This document shows, piece by piece, positions 51,901 through 60,504 of a DNA stretch of 64,000 nt. The position numbers and the translations under genes were made by a program. Positions within the stretch are counted from its first letter, which is position 1. Every line of letters starts with the position of its first letter. Below the pieces are notes generated by a model, which did not search any database, was not told the origin of the DNA, and saw only the letters and a list, made by a program, of their open reading frames with translations. Source of the DNA: an uncultured bacterium (GTDB taxonomy: Bacteria > Poribacteria > WGA-4E > GCA-2687025); NCBI GenBank assembly GCA_964473525.1, contig CAYYPK010000034.1:2408-66407 (forward strand), written 5' to 3'.

Positions 51901-53097
51901 CTACTCGGGCGCGATGCCCACGTAACGCGCCCTGGGACGGATGAGGCGGTCGGTCGCGTACTGCTCGATGGCATGGCCGATCCACCCGACGGTTCTGCCG
52001 AGAGCGAACAGCGTCAGCGCGCTGCCCATCGGTAGGCTCAGCGCGCGGCGCAGGGCGACGAGCGCAAAGTCGATGTTCGGGAGCTGCCCGAGGGAGTCTT
52101 CGACGGCGAGGGCAAGATCATCGGCGGGTGTGAGGCGCATCGCGTCCCCGTAGAGAGCGCGCGCGCGCGCCAAAAGCTCCGCGCCGCGAGGGTCGCCGCC
52201 GGGGTACAGCTTGTGTCCGAAGCCGGGAATGACGTCCCCACGCCGCAAGTAGTTCGCCAGAACCTGCGTGGCTCCGCCGTGGGCTTCCGCCTCGCTGAAC
52301 AGAGCCTCGACACGATCCGTCGAGCCGCCGTGCTTGTGGCCCTGCAATGCGGACAGGCCTGCGTTGACCGCCGCATAGAGCGTGGAACCCGTCGACGCCA
52401 CCGTCCGCGCGGTGAACGCCGACGCGTTGAACTCGTGATCGGCACAGAGGATGAGCGCCGCGTTTAGCACGTCGCGCGCGAGCCCATCATCCCCGTCGAC
52501 TCCCCACCCGGCCCGCAGGGTCTCCGCTACCGACGCGAGGGTATCGCCGCCTCTCACCGCGATGGAGGCGAACAGACCCACGATCCGCGCGCCAATCTCG
52601 GGCGCGACCTGTGGGTCTGGGTTGTACGCCGCCAGGTCGCTGGTCGAGGCCATGGGCGCTGCCACTTGGAAGGCGTCCGTGGGCGGAAGCGCGCGCAGGA
52701 TCTCCCAAGGGAGCGCGTCGGCGTCCTGCGGCTTACACACGATGCCGTCGCCGTCCGCCTGCCAGATCAGGGCTGCCACCTGCTCCAAGGTCGCGCGCCT
52801 CGACAGCTCGACAGCGTCCTTGCCTCGGTAGTAGAGCCTCCCATCGGATATGAGCGTGATGCCCGACTCCATCACGGGCGATCCCCAGTGCATCGCGTTC
52901 TCGATGGCTCCCGCCGGATCTCGCTTGCGCTCCTGGCGACGCTTCAGCTCCTGAACGTCCGAGGCGCTATACCGTCGGCGCCGCGTCTGTCCAGGCTCTG
53001 GCTCCGACCGCAGGAGCCCTCGGCTCACGTACGCGTAGAGCGTCTGGAGCGTAACGCCGAGCTCCTCCGCAGCCGCCTTCGCGCTTAGGTATCGCAT
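51901..53097 (-). CDS. Excisionase/MerR-type HTH domain fused to a citrate synthase-like domain
   Basis: N-terminal 'LSAKAAAEELGVTLQTLYAYVSRGLL'. A citrate-synthase fold follows, with 'CADHEFNAS', 'GHKHGGST', 'GFGHKLYPGGDPR' and 'PNIDFAL'. Confidence 0.7.
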   Translation of the reverse strand: MRYLSAKAAAEELGVTLQTLYAYVSRGLLRSEPEPGQTRRRRYSASDVQELKRRQERKRDPAGAIENAMHWGSPVMESGITLISDGRLYYRGKDAVELSRRATLEQVAALIWQADGDGIVCKPQDADALPWEILRALPPTDAFQVAAPMASTSDLAAYNPDPQVAPEIGARIVGLFASIAVRGGDTLASVAETLRAGWGVDGDDGLARDVLNAALILCADHEFNASAFTARTVASTGSTLYAAVNAGLSALQGHKHGGSTDRVEALFSEAEAHGGATQVLANYLRRGDVIPGFGHKLYPGGDPRGAELLARARALYGDAMRLTPADDLALAVEDSLGQLPNIDFALVALRRALSLPMGSALTLFALGRTVGWIGHAIEQYATDRLIRPRARYVGIAPE

Positions 53098-53121
53098 GTC
53101 GGGCCATGTCCCGGGCCATAC

Positions 53122-53139
53122 ATTGATTACACGATCAAT
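53122..53139. promoter_or_regulatory. Palindrome ATTGAT-N6-ATCAAT next to a consensus TTGACA in the divergent citrate-synthase spacer
   Basis: Perfect 6+6 inverted repeat (53122-53127 / 53134-53139) in the most AT-rich stretch of the window. TTGACA at 53141-53146 points toward 53225..54346. Confidence 0.35.
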
Positions 53140-53224
53140 ATTGACAGTATATGCGGCCTCCGAGACATACTCAAGTCAGGCAGTTCCGCGTATCTCATAG
53201 CCGTGGCCCGTGAGAGGGATAGGC

Positions 53225-54346
53225 ATGTCAACAGGACTCGACGGTGTGGTCGCCGCGAAGACGCGTCTCAGTTACATCGACGGCATCGCAGGTCGTCTAA
53301 CCATAGGTGGGTACGCCGTCGAGGAGTTGGCTCCCCGCGCGTCGTTCGAGGAGGTCACGCATCTGCTGTGGCATGACCGACTTCCGAACGCCGCGGAGCT
53401 TGGAGCGCTCGCTGATGCGCTCTCCGACCATCGATCGCTTCCAGCGGAAGTACTGGACTTACTCAGCGCGGCGGCCAAGCGGGAGACCCCCGTTATTGAC
53501 ACGCTCCGCGTCGCCACGGACGCGCTGACGATGGGAGCCAAAGACGGCGATCCCCATCGCGATGCCGTGCGAATGGTTGCGGCCATGCCGACGATCGTCG
53601 CTACGTACTGGAGGCGGCTGCGCGGCGGGGACTCCGTGGCGCCGAACGCCGGTATGGGCCACGCGGAGAACTACCTGCACATGCTCACGGGCGAGCCGCC
53701 CGACCCGATGCAGGTCCGCGCCCTGGAGGCGTACTGGAACACAGTCGCCGAGCACGGATTCAACGCGTCCACGTTTGCCGCCCGCGTCATCGTGTCGACA
53801 CACTCGGACCTGGTCTCTGGCGTAACGGGAGCGTTGGGCGCTCTGAAGGGGCCGCGTCACGGCGGCGTGCCAGAACCTGTGCTGGACATGCTGCGCGAGA
53901 TCGGCCAGCCGGCGAACGCCGAGGCGTACCTGCGCGCGCTGCTCGACCGTGGCGACCGCATCATGGGATTCGGCCACCGCGCATACAAGGTGCGGGATCC
54001 TCGCGCCGCAGTCCTGGAACGGGTCGCGCGCCCTCTCTTCGAGAGCAACGCCGACGACCCCCTGCTGTCGTTGGCCAAGTCTGTCGAGCAGACTGCCGTG
54101 GCGCTGCTGGACGAGCACAAGCCAGGCCGTGGACTGCGCGCGAACGTCGAGTTTTACGCGGCGCTCGTGCTACACGCGTTGGACCTGCCGAAGGAGCTCT
54201 TCACCCCAACGTTCGCTCTCAGCCGCGTCGCGGGATGGACGGCGCACGCGCTCGAACAGCTCGACGGGGGCAGGCTCATCCGCCCGTTCTCGGAATACGT
54301 CGGTGGCGAGGGTCGGCGTTGGGAGCCGTTGGAACGGCGAGCGTAG
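53225..54346 (+). CDS. Citrate synthase (short, ~370-aa type; 2-methylcitrate synthase not excluded)
   Basis: ATG at 53225 after GAGAGGGA. 'GLDGVVAAKTRLSYIDG', 'HGFNASTF', 'GPRHGG' and 'GFGHRAYKVRDPR'. Confidence 0.85.
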   Translation: MSTGLDGVVAAKTRLSYIDGIAGRLTIGGYAVEELAPRASFEEVTHLLWHDRLPNAAELGALADALSDHRSLPAEVLDLLSAAAKRETPVIDTLRVATDALTMGAKDGDPHRDAVRMVAAMPTIVATYWRRLRGGDSVAPNAGMGHAENYLHMLTGEPPDPMQVRALEAYWNTVAEHGFNASTFAARVIVSTHSDLVSGVTGALGALKGPRHGGVPEPVLDMLREIGQPANAEAYLRALLDRGDRIMGFGHRAYKVRDPRAAVLERVARPLFESNADDPLLSLAKSVEQTAVALLDEHKPGRGLRANVEFYAALVLHALDLPKELFTPTFALSRVAGWTAHALEQLDGGRLIRPFSEYVGGEGRRWEPLERRA

Positions 54347-54356
54347 AGGCGCCCGT

Positions 54357-55238
54357 CTATCGGCGCATCTTCAGGGCGGCCCAGCGCGTTGCGGCCTTCC
54401 CACGCACCTCGACGGCGAGGCTGGCCAGACGCAACGTATGGCCCTTCCCCGAGGTGTCGGCGTAGCGCATCACCCGTCTACCCTCGTCGAAGCGCCACAG
54501 CGCCTTTGTGGGCTCATCGGGCGTCACGGGCCGGTCGAAGTCCTCGACCGGCCCGGTAGCGCCTGCGCTGATTTCGAGTTCGTCCAGGGCGATGGGCGAG
54601 GACACGAGCAGGTCGTAGGGGAACGCCTCGTCACCAGGGCCGTAGATAGCGTCAGGCGGGATATCGCCGACGTACAGGCGCGAGGACGATCGGTTGAACA
54701 GTCGGTCTGGATGCGGCGAGGAGAAGCCGTTGCTGCGCCTCTCGCCGTTGATCGCCACCTGGGAACTGAGCCCGCCGCGCGTTGCACGTAGAAGCAGGTG
54801 GAAGTGTGTCCATTCACCCGCGGCTACTCTTGGCTGCCACATCATGTCTGCGTCGATGCCGTCCTCTGTCCATCGGTAAACACCGAGGACGATGTAGGAA
54901 CGCGGCACGGGGATGCGTCCGGTCACGTCGCGTCCGAACTCGACGAGACGCTGTAGAGAGACGAGATAGCTACCAGGCTTCGCAACGATAACGCGATGCT
55001 GAAAGGGCGCCTCGGGGAAGTCCGTCGGACGCACCCAGAACTGAATGCCAAGGCTTCCCGTCAGCGCGCCGTCGAGGTGATGCGTGCTCCCTGTCCACAG
55101 GTAGTCGCCCGCCCTGAGTTCCAGCACGTCGCCGTCGGCGATCGGCGGGTTGATCGGCTGATCCGCTGTCGCGCTCGAACCTAACAGGAGGACGGCAGCC
55201 GCGACCATGGCGCCGACCGGCTTGGCTAGCTTCCTCAC
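54357..55238 (-). CDS. Secreted jelly-roll (LamG-like) protein, tandem paralogue B, TTWG-type tail
   Basis: GTG start overlapping the upstream stop (GTGA). Signal peptide. 'GIQFWVRPTDFPEAPFQHRVIVAKPGSY' parallels the upstream paralogue. Ends ..GKAATRWAALKMRR. Confidence 0.7.
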   Translation of the reverse strand: MRKLAKPVGAMVAAAVLLLGSSATADQPINPPIADGDVLELRAGDYLWTGSTHHLDGALTGSLGIQFWVRPTDFPEAPFQHRVIVAKPGSYLVSLQRLVEFGRDVTGRIPVPRSYIVLGVYRWTEDGIDADMMWQPRVAAGEWTHFHLLLRATRGGLSSQVAINGERRSNGFSSPHPDRLFNRSSSRLYVGDIPPDAIYGPGDEAFPYDLLVSSPIALDELEISAGATGPVEDFDRPVTPDEPTKALWRFDEGRRVMRYADTSGKGHTLRLASLAVEVRGKAATRWAALKMRR

Positions 55239-56092
55239 CGACTCGCTCCCCTGCCTCGATTACCAGCGCGCAAGTGAGCCCACGTCGTAGCTACCTTCCG
55301 CGCGCTGGACACATCCAGCGTGGCGCGATACAGCCTGAACTCCTGCGGAGCGGCGGAGGTATAGTGGTCGGCGCCCTCTCCCTCCTCGAAATGCCACAGG
55401 CCGGCCGTCTCGTCGTCCGGCTGCGCGTGCCACTGCACATCGGCGACACCTCGCCAATCTGCCGCGAAGTGTAGGTCGTCCAATTCGATGGTCGTCGCTG
55501 CAATAGGAGAATATGGCAGCGCACGACCGGGCGTGGCGTCCTGCCAGGCATCCGGGGGCACGCCTCCGACGTACAACGGCTCCCGCGATCCCGCGAGTGT
55601 CCCACCCTGAAGCGCCGTCGCCCAGATGTCATCGACTCTCTGGCCCCGTCCTCCTCCGCCAACGCCTGTCGATAGATCGACCGAGATGCGGATCCACTCA
55701 CCATGGCGAAGCTCGAACCATCCGACCGAACCTACATGCCCAGATTTCGAATAGACGACCTGGGCGAGCTCAGTGATGAGTGGCGGCGCTAGAGCAGCCT
55801 CGCCGTCTTCCTCAGGTCGTCGCCACCAGCGCTCGCCCCGCCGTATGACCAGCGCCCAGGCTCCCGGTCGCGCGACGAGTATGCGCTGTTGGAAGGGCAG
55901 CGGCTTCTTCTCGCCCAGCCGCAGCCAGAACTGCACCGACCACGCCCCACCGTCGTCCATGGTGGGAGCCTCTGGCTGCTCCGCGACCAGGTATTGGTTG
56001 GCTCGGAGGCGCAGATTTTCCCCGGGCGGGACATCAACTCCCCATGCTCCGCAGCAGAATCCAAACATCAGCAGGAGGGTAATGCGTGCCAT
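55235..56092 (-). CDS. Secreted jelly-roll (LamG-like) protein, tandem paralogue A, TTWG-type tail
   Basis: Signal peptide MARITLLLMFGFCCGAWG. 'SVQFWLRLGEKKPLPFQQRILVARPGAW'. Ends ..RKVATTWAHLRAGNRGRGASR. Confidence 0.7.
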   Translation of the reverse strand: MARITLLLMFGFCCGAWGVDVPPGENLRLRANQYLVAEQPEAPTMDDGGAWSVQFWLRLGEKKPLPFQQRILVARPGAWALVIRRGERWWRRPEEDGEAALAPPLITELAQVVYSKSGHVGSVGWFELRHGEWIRISVDLSTGVGGGGRGQRVDDIWATALQGGTLAGSREPLYVGGVPPDAWQDATPGRALPYSPIAATTIELDDLHFAADWRGVADVQWHAQPDDETAGLWHFEEGEGADHYTSAAPQEFRLYRATLDVSSARKVATTWAHLRAGNRGRGASR

Positions 56093-56355
56093 GCTTCCCT
56101 TCCTCAGCTACGCCGTGTGCGCCCGTTCCGTCTGGGGCGCCTTGCATCGGTCAGCCCCATACGGGGCGCCGCCAACGAGGCACGCTCCCAACGCGCGGCG
56201 GCCAGCGCCTCGGGGCCTCCCTACGTGCAAGCACCGCGCCAACGACACTCATCGCGGGCGATCGCATCAGCGGCGTTTCGTCTTGTTGGACGGCGCCTCG
56301 CGCCGTATGATACGGACGCGCGGACGACCGACGCCCCATCCAAGAAGGCCTATCC

Positions 56356-57294
56356 ATGAAGCTGCTGCAATACCACGACCCGGCGGAGGGCAAGCGCGTT
56401 GGCGTGTTGACGCGTGAAGGCTCCATCATCGACGTGACGACCGACGAAGCCCCCGGGGTGCTGGAGTTGCTGCAGGTCGCCGCATCCGACAGCGTCAGCT
56501 TGAATATCCTCGTCGCGGAGATGCAGGAGCAGTCCTCGGCGGGACGCCCCGCGCCCGCTCCCTGGGAGGATGGCGCGCGGGAGGAACTCAGCTACGACAC
56601 CGTCAACGTCCTGCCCACGGAAGACGGTCACCACCTGCGGACCCCCATAGACTCGCCGGAGGTGTGGGGATGCGGCGTCACGTACAAGCGCAGCAGTGAC
56701 ATGCGCGACGACGACAGCGCATCCGACATCTACTCGCGCATCTACGCCGCCGACCGCCCGGAGATCTTCTTCAAGGCGACGCCGCGCTGCATCGTCGGGA
56801 CGAACCAGCCGATTGGCATACGCCGAGACTCTACGCTGACGGCGACTGAGCCCGAGCTTGCCTTCGTGACGGGCGAGGGCGGCGAGATCGTCGGGTACAC
56901 GCTCTGTAACGACGTCTCCGCCTGGGACATCGAGCGTGACAATCCACTCTATCTGCCGCAGTCGAAGATGTACAATGGGTGCTGCGCGCTCGGCCCTGTC
57001 TTCGCGACGCCCGCGGAGCTCGAAGACCCCTACAACCTCGACATCAGTTGCGTGATCCACCGCGACGGAGGCGTCCTGTGGGAAGGCTCCGTCAACACGG
57101 AGCAGATCAACTGGAAGCTCGAGGACCTCGCCGAATACCTCATGCGCGACAACGACTGCCCAGTCGGCACGGTCGTCTCAACGGGGACGGGGATTATCGT
57201 CCCGAACGACCTGCCGTTACAGGACGGCGATGTCGTGGACATCTCCTGCGACGAGCTCGGCACGCTGTCGAATCCCGTTGTGCAGTTCGGCTAA
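56356..57294 (+). CDS. Fumarylacetoacetate hydrolase (FAH) family protein
   Basis: 'VWGCGVTYK', 'EPELAFV', 'GYTLCNDVSA' and 'STGTG' match the FAH-family pattern. Confidence 0.75.
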   Translation: MKLLQYHDPAEGKRVGVLTREGSIIDVTTDEAPGVLELLQVAASDSVSLNILVAEMQEQSSAGRPAPAPWEDGAREELSYDTVNVLPTEDGHHLRTPIDSPEVWGCGVTYKRSSDMRDDDSASDIYSRIYAADRPEIFFKATPRCIVGTNQPIGIRRDSTLTATEPELAFVTGEGGEIVGYTLCNDVSAWDIERDNPLYLPQSKMYNGCCALGPVFATPAELEDPYNLDISCVIHRDGGVLWEGSVNTEQINWKLEDLAEYLMRDNDCPVGTVVSTGTGIIVPNDLPLQDGDVVDISCDELGTLSNPVVQFG

Positions 57295-57315
57295 CGGCTC
57301 CCCGGAAAAGAGACC

Positions 57316-58752
57316 ATGGCGAAGTTCTTCAAATACAAGACTCTGGACATGCTGCGCGAGGAAGTCGAGCGCCTCGGCGTCGGTGTGCGCCTCGAGGACG
57401 AGTTGCGCGCGTGTCTGGAACCCCTCGAAATCGGCGGCCGCACGGTCGGGAATCGGTTCGCCATCCACCCCATGGAAGGCTGCGACGGCGAGTTGGACGG
57501 CAAGCCCGGCGAACTGACAATACGCCGCTGGGAACGCTTCGGAGCGGGCGGCGCCAAGCTCATATGGGGAGAGGCAACAGCCGTCGCGGACGAAGTGCGG
57601 GCGAACACGCGGCAATTGCTCATCAACGAGGAGAACCTGTCCTCGCTCGCCGACATGTTGGAACGCACGCGGAAGGCGCATCGGCACTCCGTCGGCGACG
57701 ACAGCGACCTGCTGATAGGCCTGCAGCTCACGCACTCAGGGCGATACTCCTACAAGGGGCCGTTGATAGCGCAGCATGACCCCGCCGTAGACGCCGTGAC
57801 CATCGCGGACAAGAAGAAGCGCCTGTTCGTTACGGACGATTACCCCGTTCTCACCGACGACGAGTTGAGGGTCGCGGGCGACCAGATCGTCGAAGGCGCT
57901 CGACTCTCCGCGAAGGCGGGATTCGACTTCGTGGACATCAAGCAGTGCCATCGCTATCTGCTGTCGGAGTTGCTCGCCGCGCGCATGCGACCAGGCCCGT
58001 ACGGCGGCTCGTACGAGAACCGCACGCGGCTCGCGCGGGAGATCATCGGACAGGTTCGCGACGAATTGGGCGACCGGCTCATCATCGCCTCCCGCCTGAA
58101 CGTGTACGACGGCGCGCCGTTCTTTCAAGACCCCGAGACGGGCGCGGGCAGTCCGAAGGACGTCGAAACGCCCTACCTCGGCGGATGGGGCACGGACCCG
58201 GACAACCCACTGGAACCGGACTACACGGAACCCGTCCAATACGTGAAGGACATGGCGAAGTGGGGCGTGCAACTGCTCAACATCTCGATGGGCAGCCCCT
58301 ACTACAACCCGCACGTTGGTCGCCCGTTCGAGCGCCCGCCGATCGACGGCTACACGTCGCCGGAGCACCCGTTGCTTGGGGTCGAGAGGCATTTCGAGGC
58401 GGCGGCGGTGATCCAGGAAGCCGTGCCGAACGTGCCCGTCATCGGCACGGGATACAGCTGGCTACAGCACTATTTCGCGAACGCTGGCGAAGCGAACTTG
58501 CGCGATGGGCGCGTGTCCATGATCGGCGTGGGTCGGGGGAGTCTCGCGTACCCTGATTTCGCGAAGGACGCGATGGAAAAGGGCGAGTTGGCGCGCACGA
58601 AAGCGTGCGTGGCGGTCAGCTACTGCACGGCCCTCATGCGCGCGAAGCACAACGACATGGGTCAGTACCCCACGGGATGCGTGCCGCGCGACAAGCCGTA
58701 CGCCGACATCTACAAGGACGCCCTCGCTACCGACCCGACGCGGGACGCCTAA
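57316..58752 (+). CDS. Old Yellow Enzyme-family NADH:flavin oxidoreductase
   Basis: 'NRFAIHPMEG', 'LQLTHSGR', 'FDFVDIKQCHRYLLSELL' and 'GVGRGSLAYPDF'. Confidence 0.75.
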   Translation: MAKFFKYKTLDMLREEVERLGVGVRLEDELRACLEPLEIGGRTVGNRFAIHPMEGCDGELDGKPGELTIRRWERFGAGGAKLIWGEATAVADEVRANTRQLLINEENLSSLADMLERTRKAHRHSVGDDSDLLIGLQLTHSGRYSYKGPLIAQHDPAVDAVTIADKKKRLFVTDDYPVLTDDELRVAGDQIVEGARLSAKAGFDFVDIKQCHRYLLSELLAARMRPGPYGGSYENRTRLAREIIGQVRDELGDRLIIASRLNVYDGAPFFQDPETGAGSPKDVETPYLGGWGTDPDNPLEPDYTEPVQYVKDMAKWGVQLLNISMGSPYYNPHVGRPFERPPIDGYTSPEHPLLGVERHFEAAAVIQEAVPNVPVIGTGYSWLQHYFANAGEANLRDGRVSMIGVGRGSLAYPDFAKDAMEKGELARTKACVAVSYCTALMRAKHNDMGQYPTGCVPRDKPYADIYKDALATDPTRDA

Positions 58753-59132
58753 CCCTCGTCGTCGGAGTCCGCGTCAGCATCGTCGGCATCAATGCCTGCC
58801 AGGTAGTCCTCAATGAGGAGCGCCGCTTGCTCCGCGTGCTCCACGGGGACGAGGATGGCGCCCCACGATTCTGCCTTCGAATTCAGCAGCGGCCCGTAAC
58901 CCGCCAGTGTATTCGCCTCGACACGGACGGGGATGTCCTCGGCGTCCAAGACGCCCTGTAGCATCACCGCTGCCACCTGATCCTCCGCGGCATAGACGCG
59001 CTCCCAACGCACGAGTTCCACGTTAGAATCGGACGCGGGCTCCGCCGGGCCGTCCACCAGAGTTCCCTGGCAGTCGGAGCAGACAACGGCCTTCTCAGTG
59101 TATTCGGCTCCGCACGATGGACAGCTACGCAT
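58749..59132 (-). CDS. Zinc-ribbon + DUF2007-like small protein
   Basis: ATG at 59132 after GGGAGG. 'CPSCGAEY...CSDCQG'. The C-terminal part resembles the 'putative signal transducing protein' fold. Its stop overlaps the stop of 57316..58752. Confidence 0.55.
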   Translation of the reverse strand: MRSCPSCGAEYTEKAVVCSDCQGTLVDGPAEPASDSNVELVRWERVYAAEDQVAAVMLQGVLDAEDIPVRVEANTLAGYGPLLNSKAESWGAILVPVEHAEQAALLIEDYLAGIDADDADADSDDEG

Positions 59133-59277
59133 GACGCCTCCCACGCTGATTGTGGCACATGCGCGCCGAAGGCGCTAAGTCCAGGCCCGGTGTTCCGTGC
59201 CGCTCGTGAGGGCATCTGCGCATGCTGGGCTCGGTGTCGAGCCTACCGTCGTAGCAAGCCGCCGTGGACGCGGCCTA

Positions 59278-59955
59278 TCACTGGCGCGCCTTGAGGTCTC
59301 CCCATGTCGTCGCCAGCCTATCGTCGGAAGAAACCGCGAGTCCCGCCACGCCAGGCCCTTCCGCCACGAAGCCATCGTACTTGGTCTCGGCGTTCTCGTT
59401 GGCTAACCCCACGCGGCCGACCGGCATCTCCGCGAAGCTGTGCCGGTTCACCTCTTCGTCCTCGTCGTCGTAAATCACCACGTCGTCCTGCTCTATAGCA
59501 ACGGTGTACCGAGGCAGGGGCCCGGCGCCATTCACCCGGGCATCGCCAACTTCGCCGAAGTTCTGCTCGCCTCCGGCAAGCGCGCTCTTCTCGATCGTCC
59601 AGTTGCCACGACCGATGCGCGCCCCAGCGTAGTAAACCTCGGTCTCGCTTACGTAGGCGAAGATGATGTACCCGTTCTGCCAACCGCCGGCAACGTGCTG
59701 CTCGGTAACTTGCAGACGTAGACCGTCGTGCGTCTCAATATCAGAGAAGAGGGCGAACGCCCCCGACCCAATCGCCGGACTGAATCCGTGCCGCCACCCG
59801 TCCTCCGACCTCCAGTCACCTTGCAGCGTCTCCCACAGTTCGTCGGTGTAGTCGGGATCCTCGAAGTCGTCCATGAGAGTAACGGCTTCCGCTACCGCGC
59901 CGACGCCCACGAGAAGCAAACCGGCAAGCCAAACCGCGATCCAGCGCGCTGTCAT
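59278..59955 (-). CDS. Secreted DUF1080/LamG-like jelly-roll protein, TTWG-type tail
   Basis: AGGGAGG SD. Signal peptide MTARWIAVWLAGLLLVGVGAVAEA. 'DDFEDPDYTDELWETLQGDWRSEDGW'. Ends ..DRLATTWGDLKARQ. Confidence 0.75.
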   Translation of the reverse strand: MTARWIAVWLAGLLLVGVGAVAEAVTLMDDFEDPDYTDELWETLQGDWRSEDGWRHGFSPAIGSGAFALFSDIETHDGLRLQVTEQHVAGGWQNGYIIFAYVSETEVYYAGARIGRGNWTIEKSALAGGEQNFGEVGDARVNGAGPLPRYTVAIEQDDVVIYDDEDEEVNRHSFAEMPVGRVGLANENAETKYDGFVAEGPGVAGLAVSSDDRLATTWGDLKARQ

Positions 59956-60504
59956 GTGATTGCCTCCCTGTCTGAGGATCCGTCCTCGTGACGCAGGCGA
60001 TGCATCCCTCGGAGGGCATCATAGGTATGTCGCGGGGAGCCCGGCAACCTAGCATGACCCGTCGGTGTCCATCTCGATCGGCGCCGGTGATCACACGGCC
60101 TCCCTGAACGATGCGTCAGGGTCGCCTCGGGTCAGTCTGCGGTACTTGGAGATGCTGTGGTCAGGACGCGCTCTGCGCGGTCAGCGCCGCCATGCGAACC
60201 GATTGCCATGGCGTTGAGCGCCTTCGTCGTCCTGCCAGCTGGACGCTGGGAATTCGCGAGCCCCAGACGCGCCTGTCCTCGAGGCTGAGGATGGCGACAT
60301 GGGCGGCGTAACGACTATCGTGGATCCCGACGCCTGCGGCGGCAAAGCCACGAACCCCGGAGTGAAGGCTCTACGCAACGTCCGTCTGCCCAACTAACGC
60401 GATTGGCGCGTATGGGCGAGGTTCTCCTGCCCAGCGTAGGTCACGACCACCAAACAGGCCGGCTATCCACGGACCCCGCCGAAGGACACGCGACGTCACC
60501 AGCG

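Noticed and set aside
59956-60504. 550-bp gap with a start-less minus-strand reading frame ('GFAAAGVGIHDSRYAAHVAILSLEDRRVWGS...')
   Set aside because: It could be a gene remnant or non-coding RNA region. There is no start codon, no recognisable family and no obvious conserved structure, so I could not support any call.
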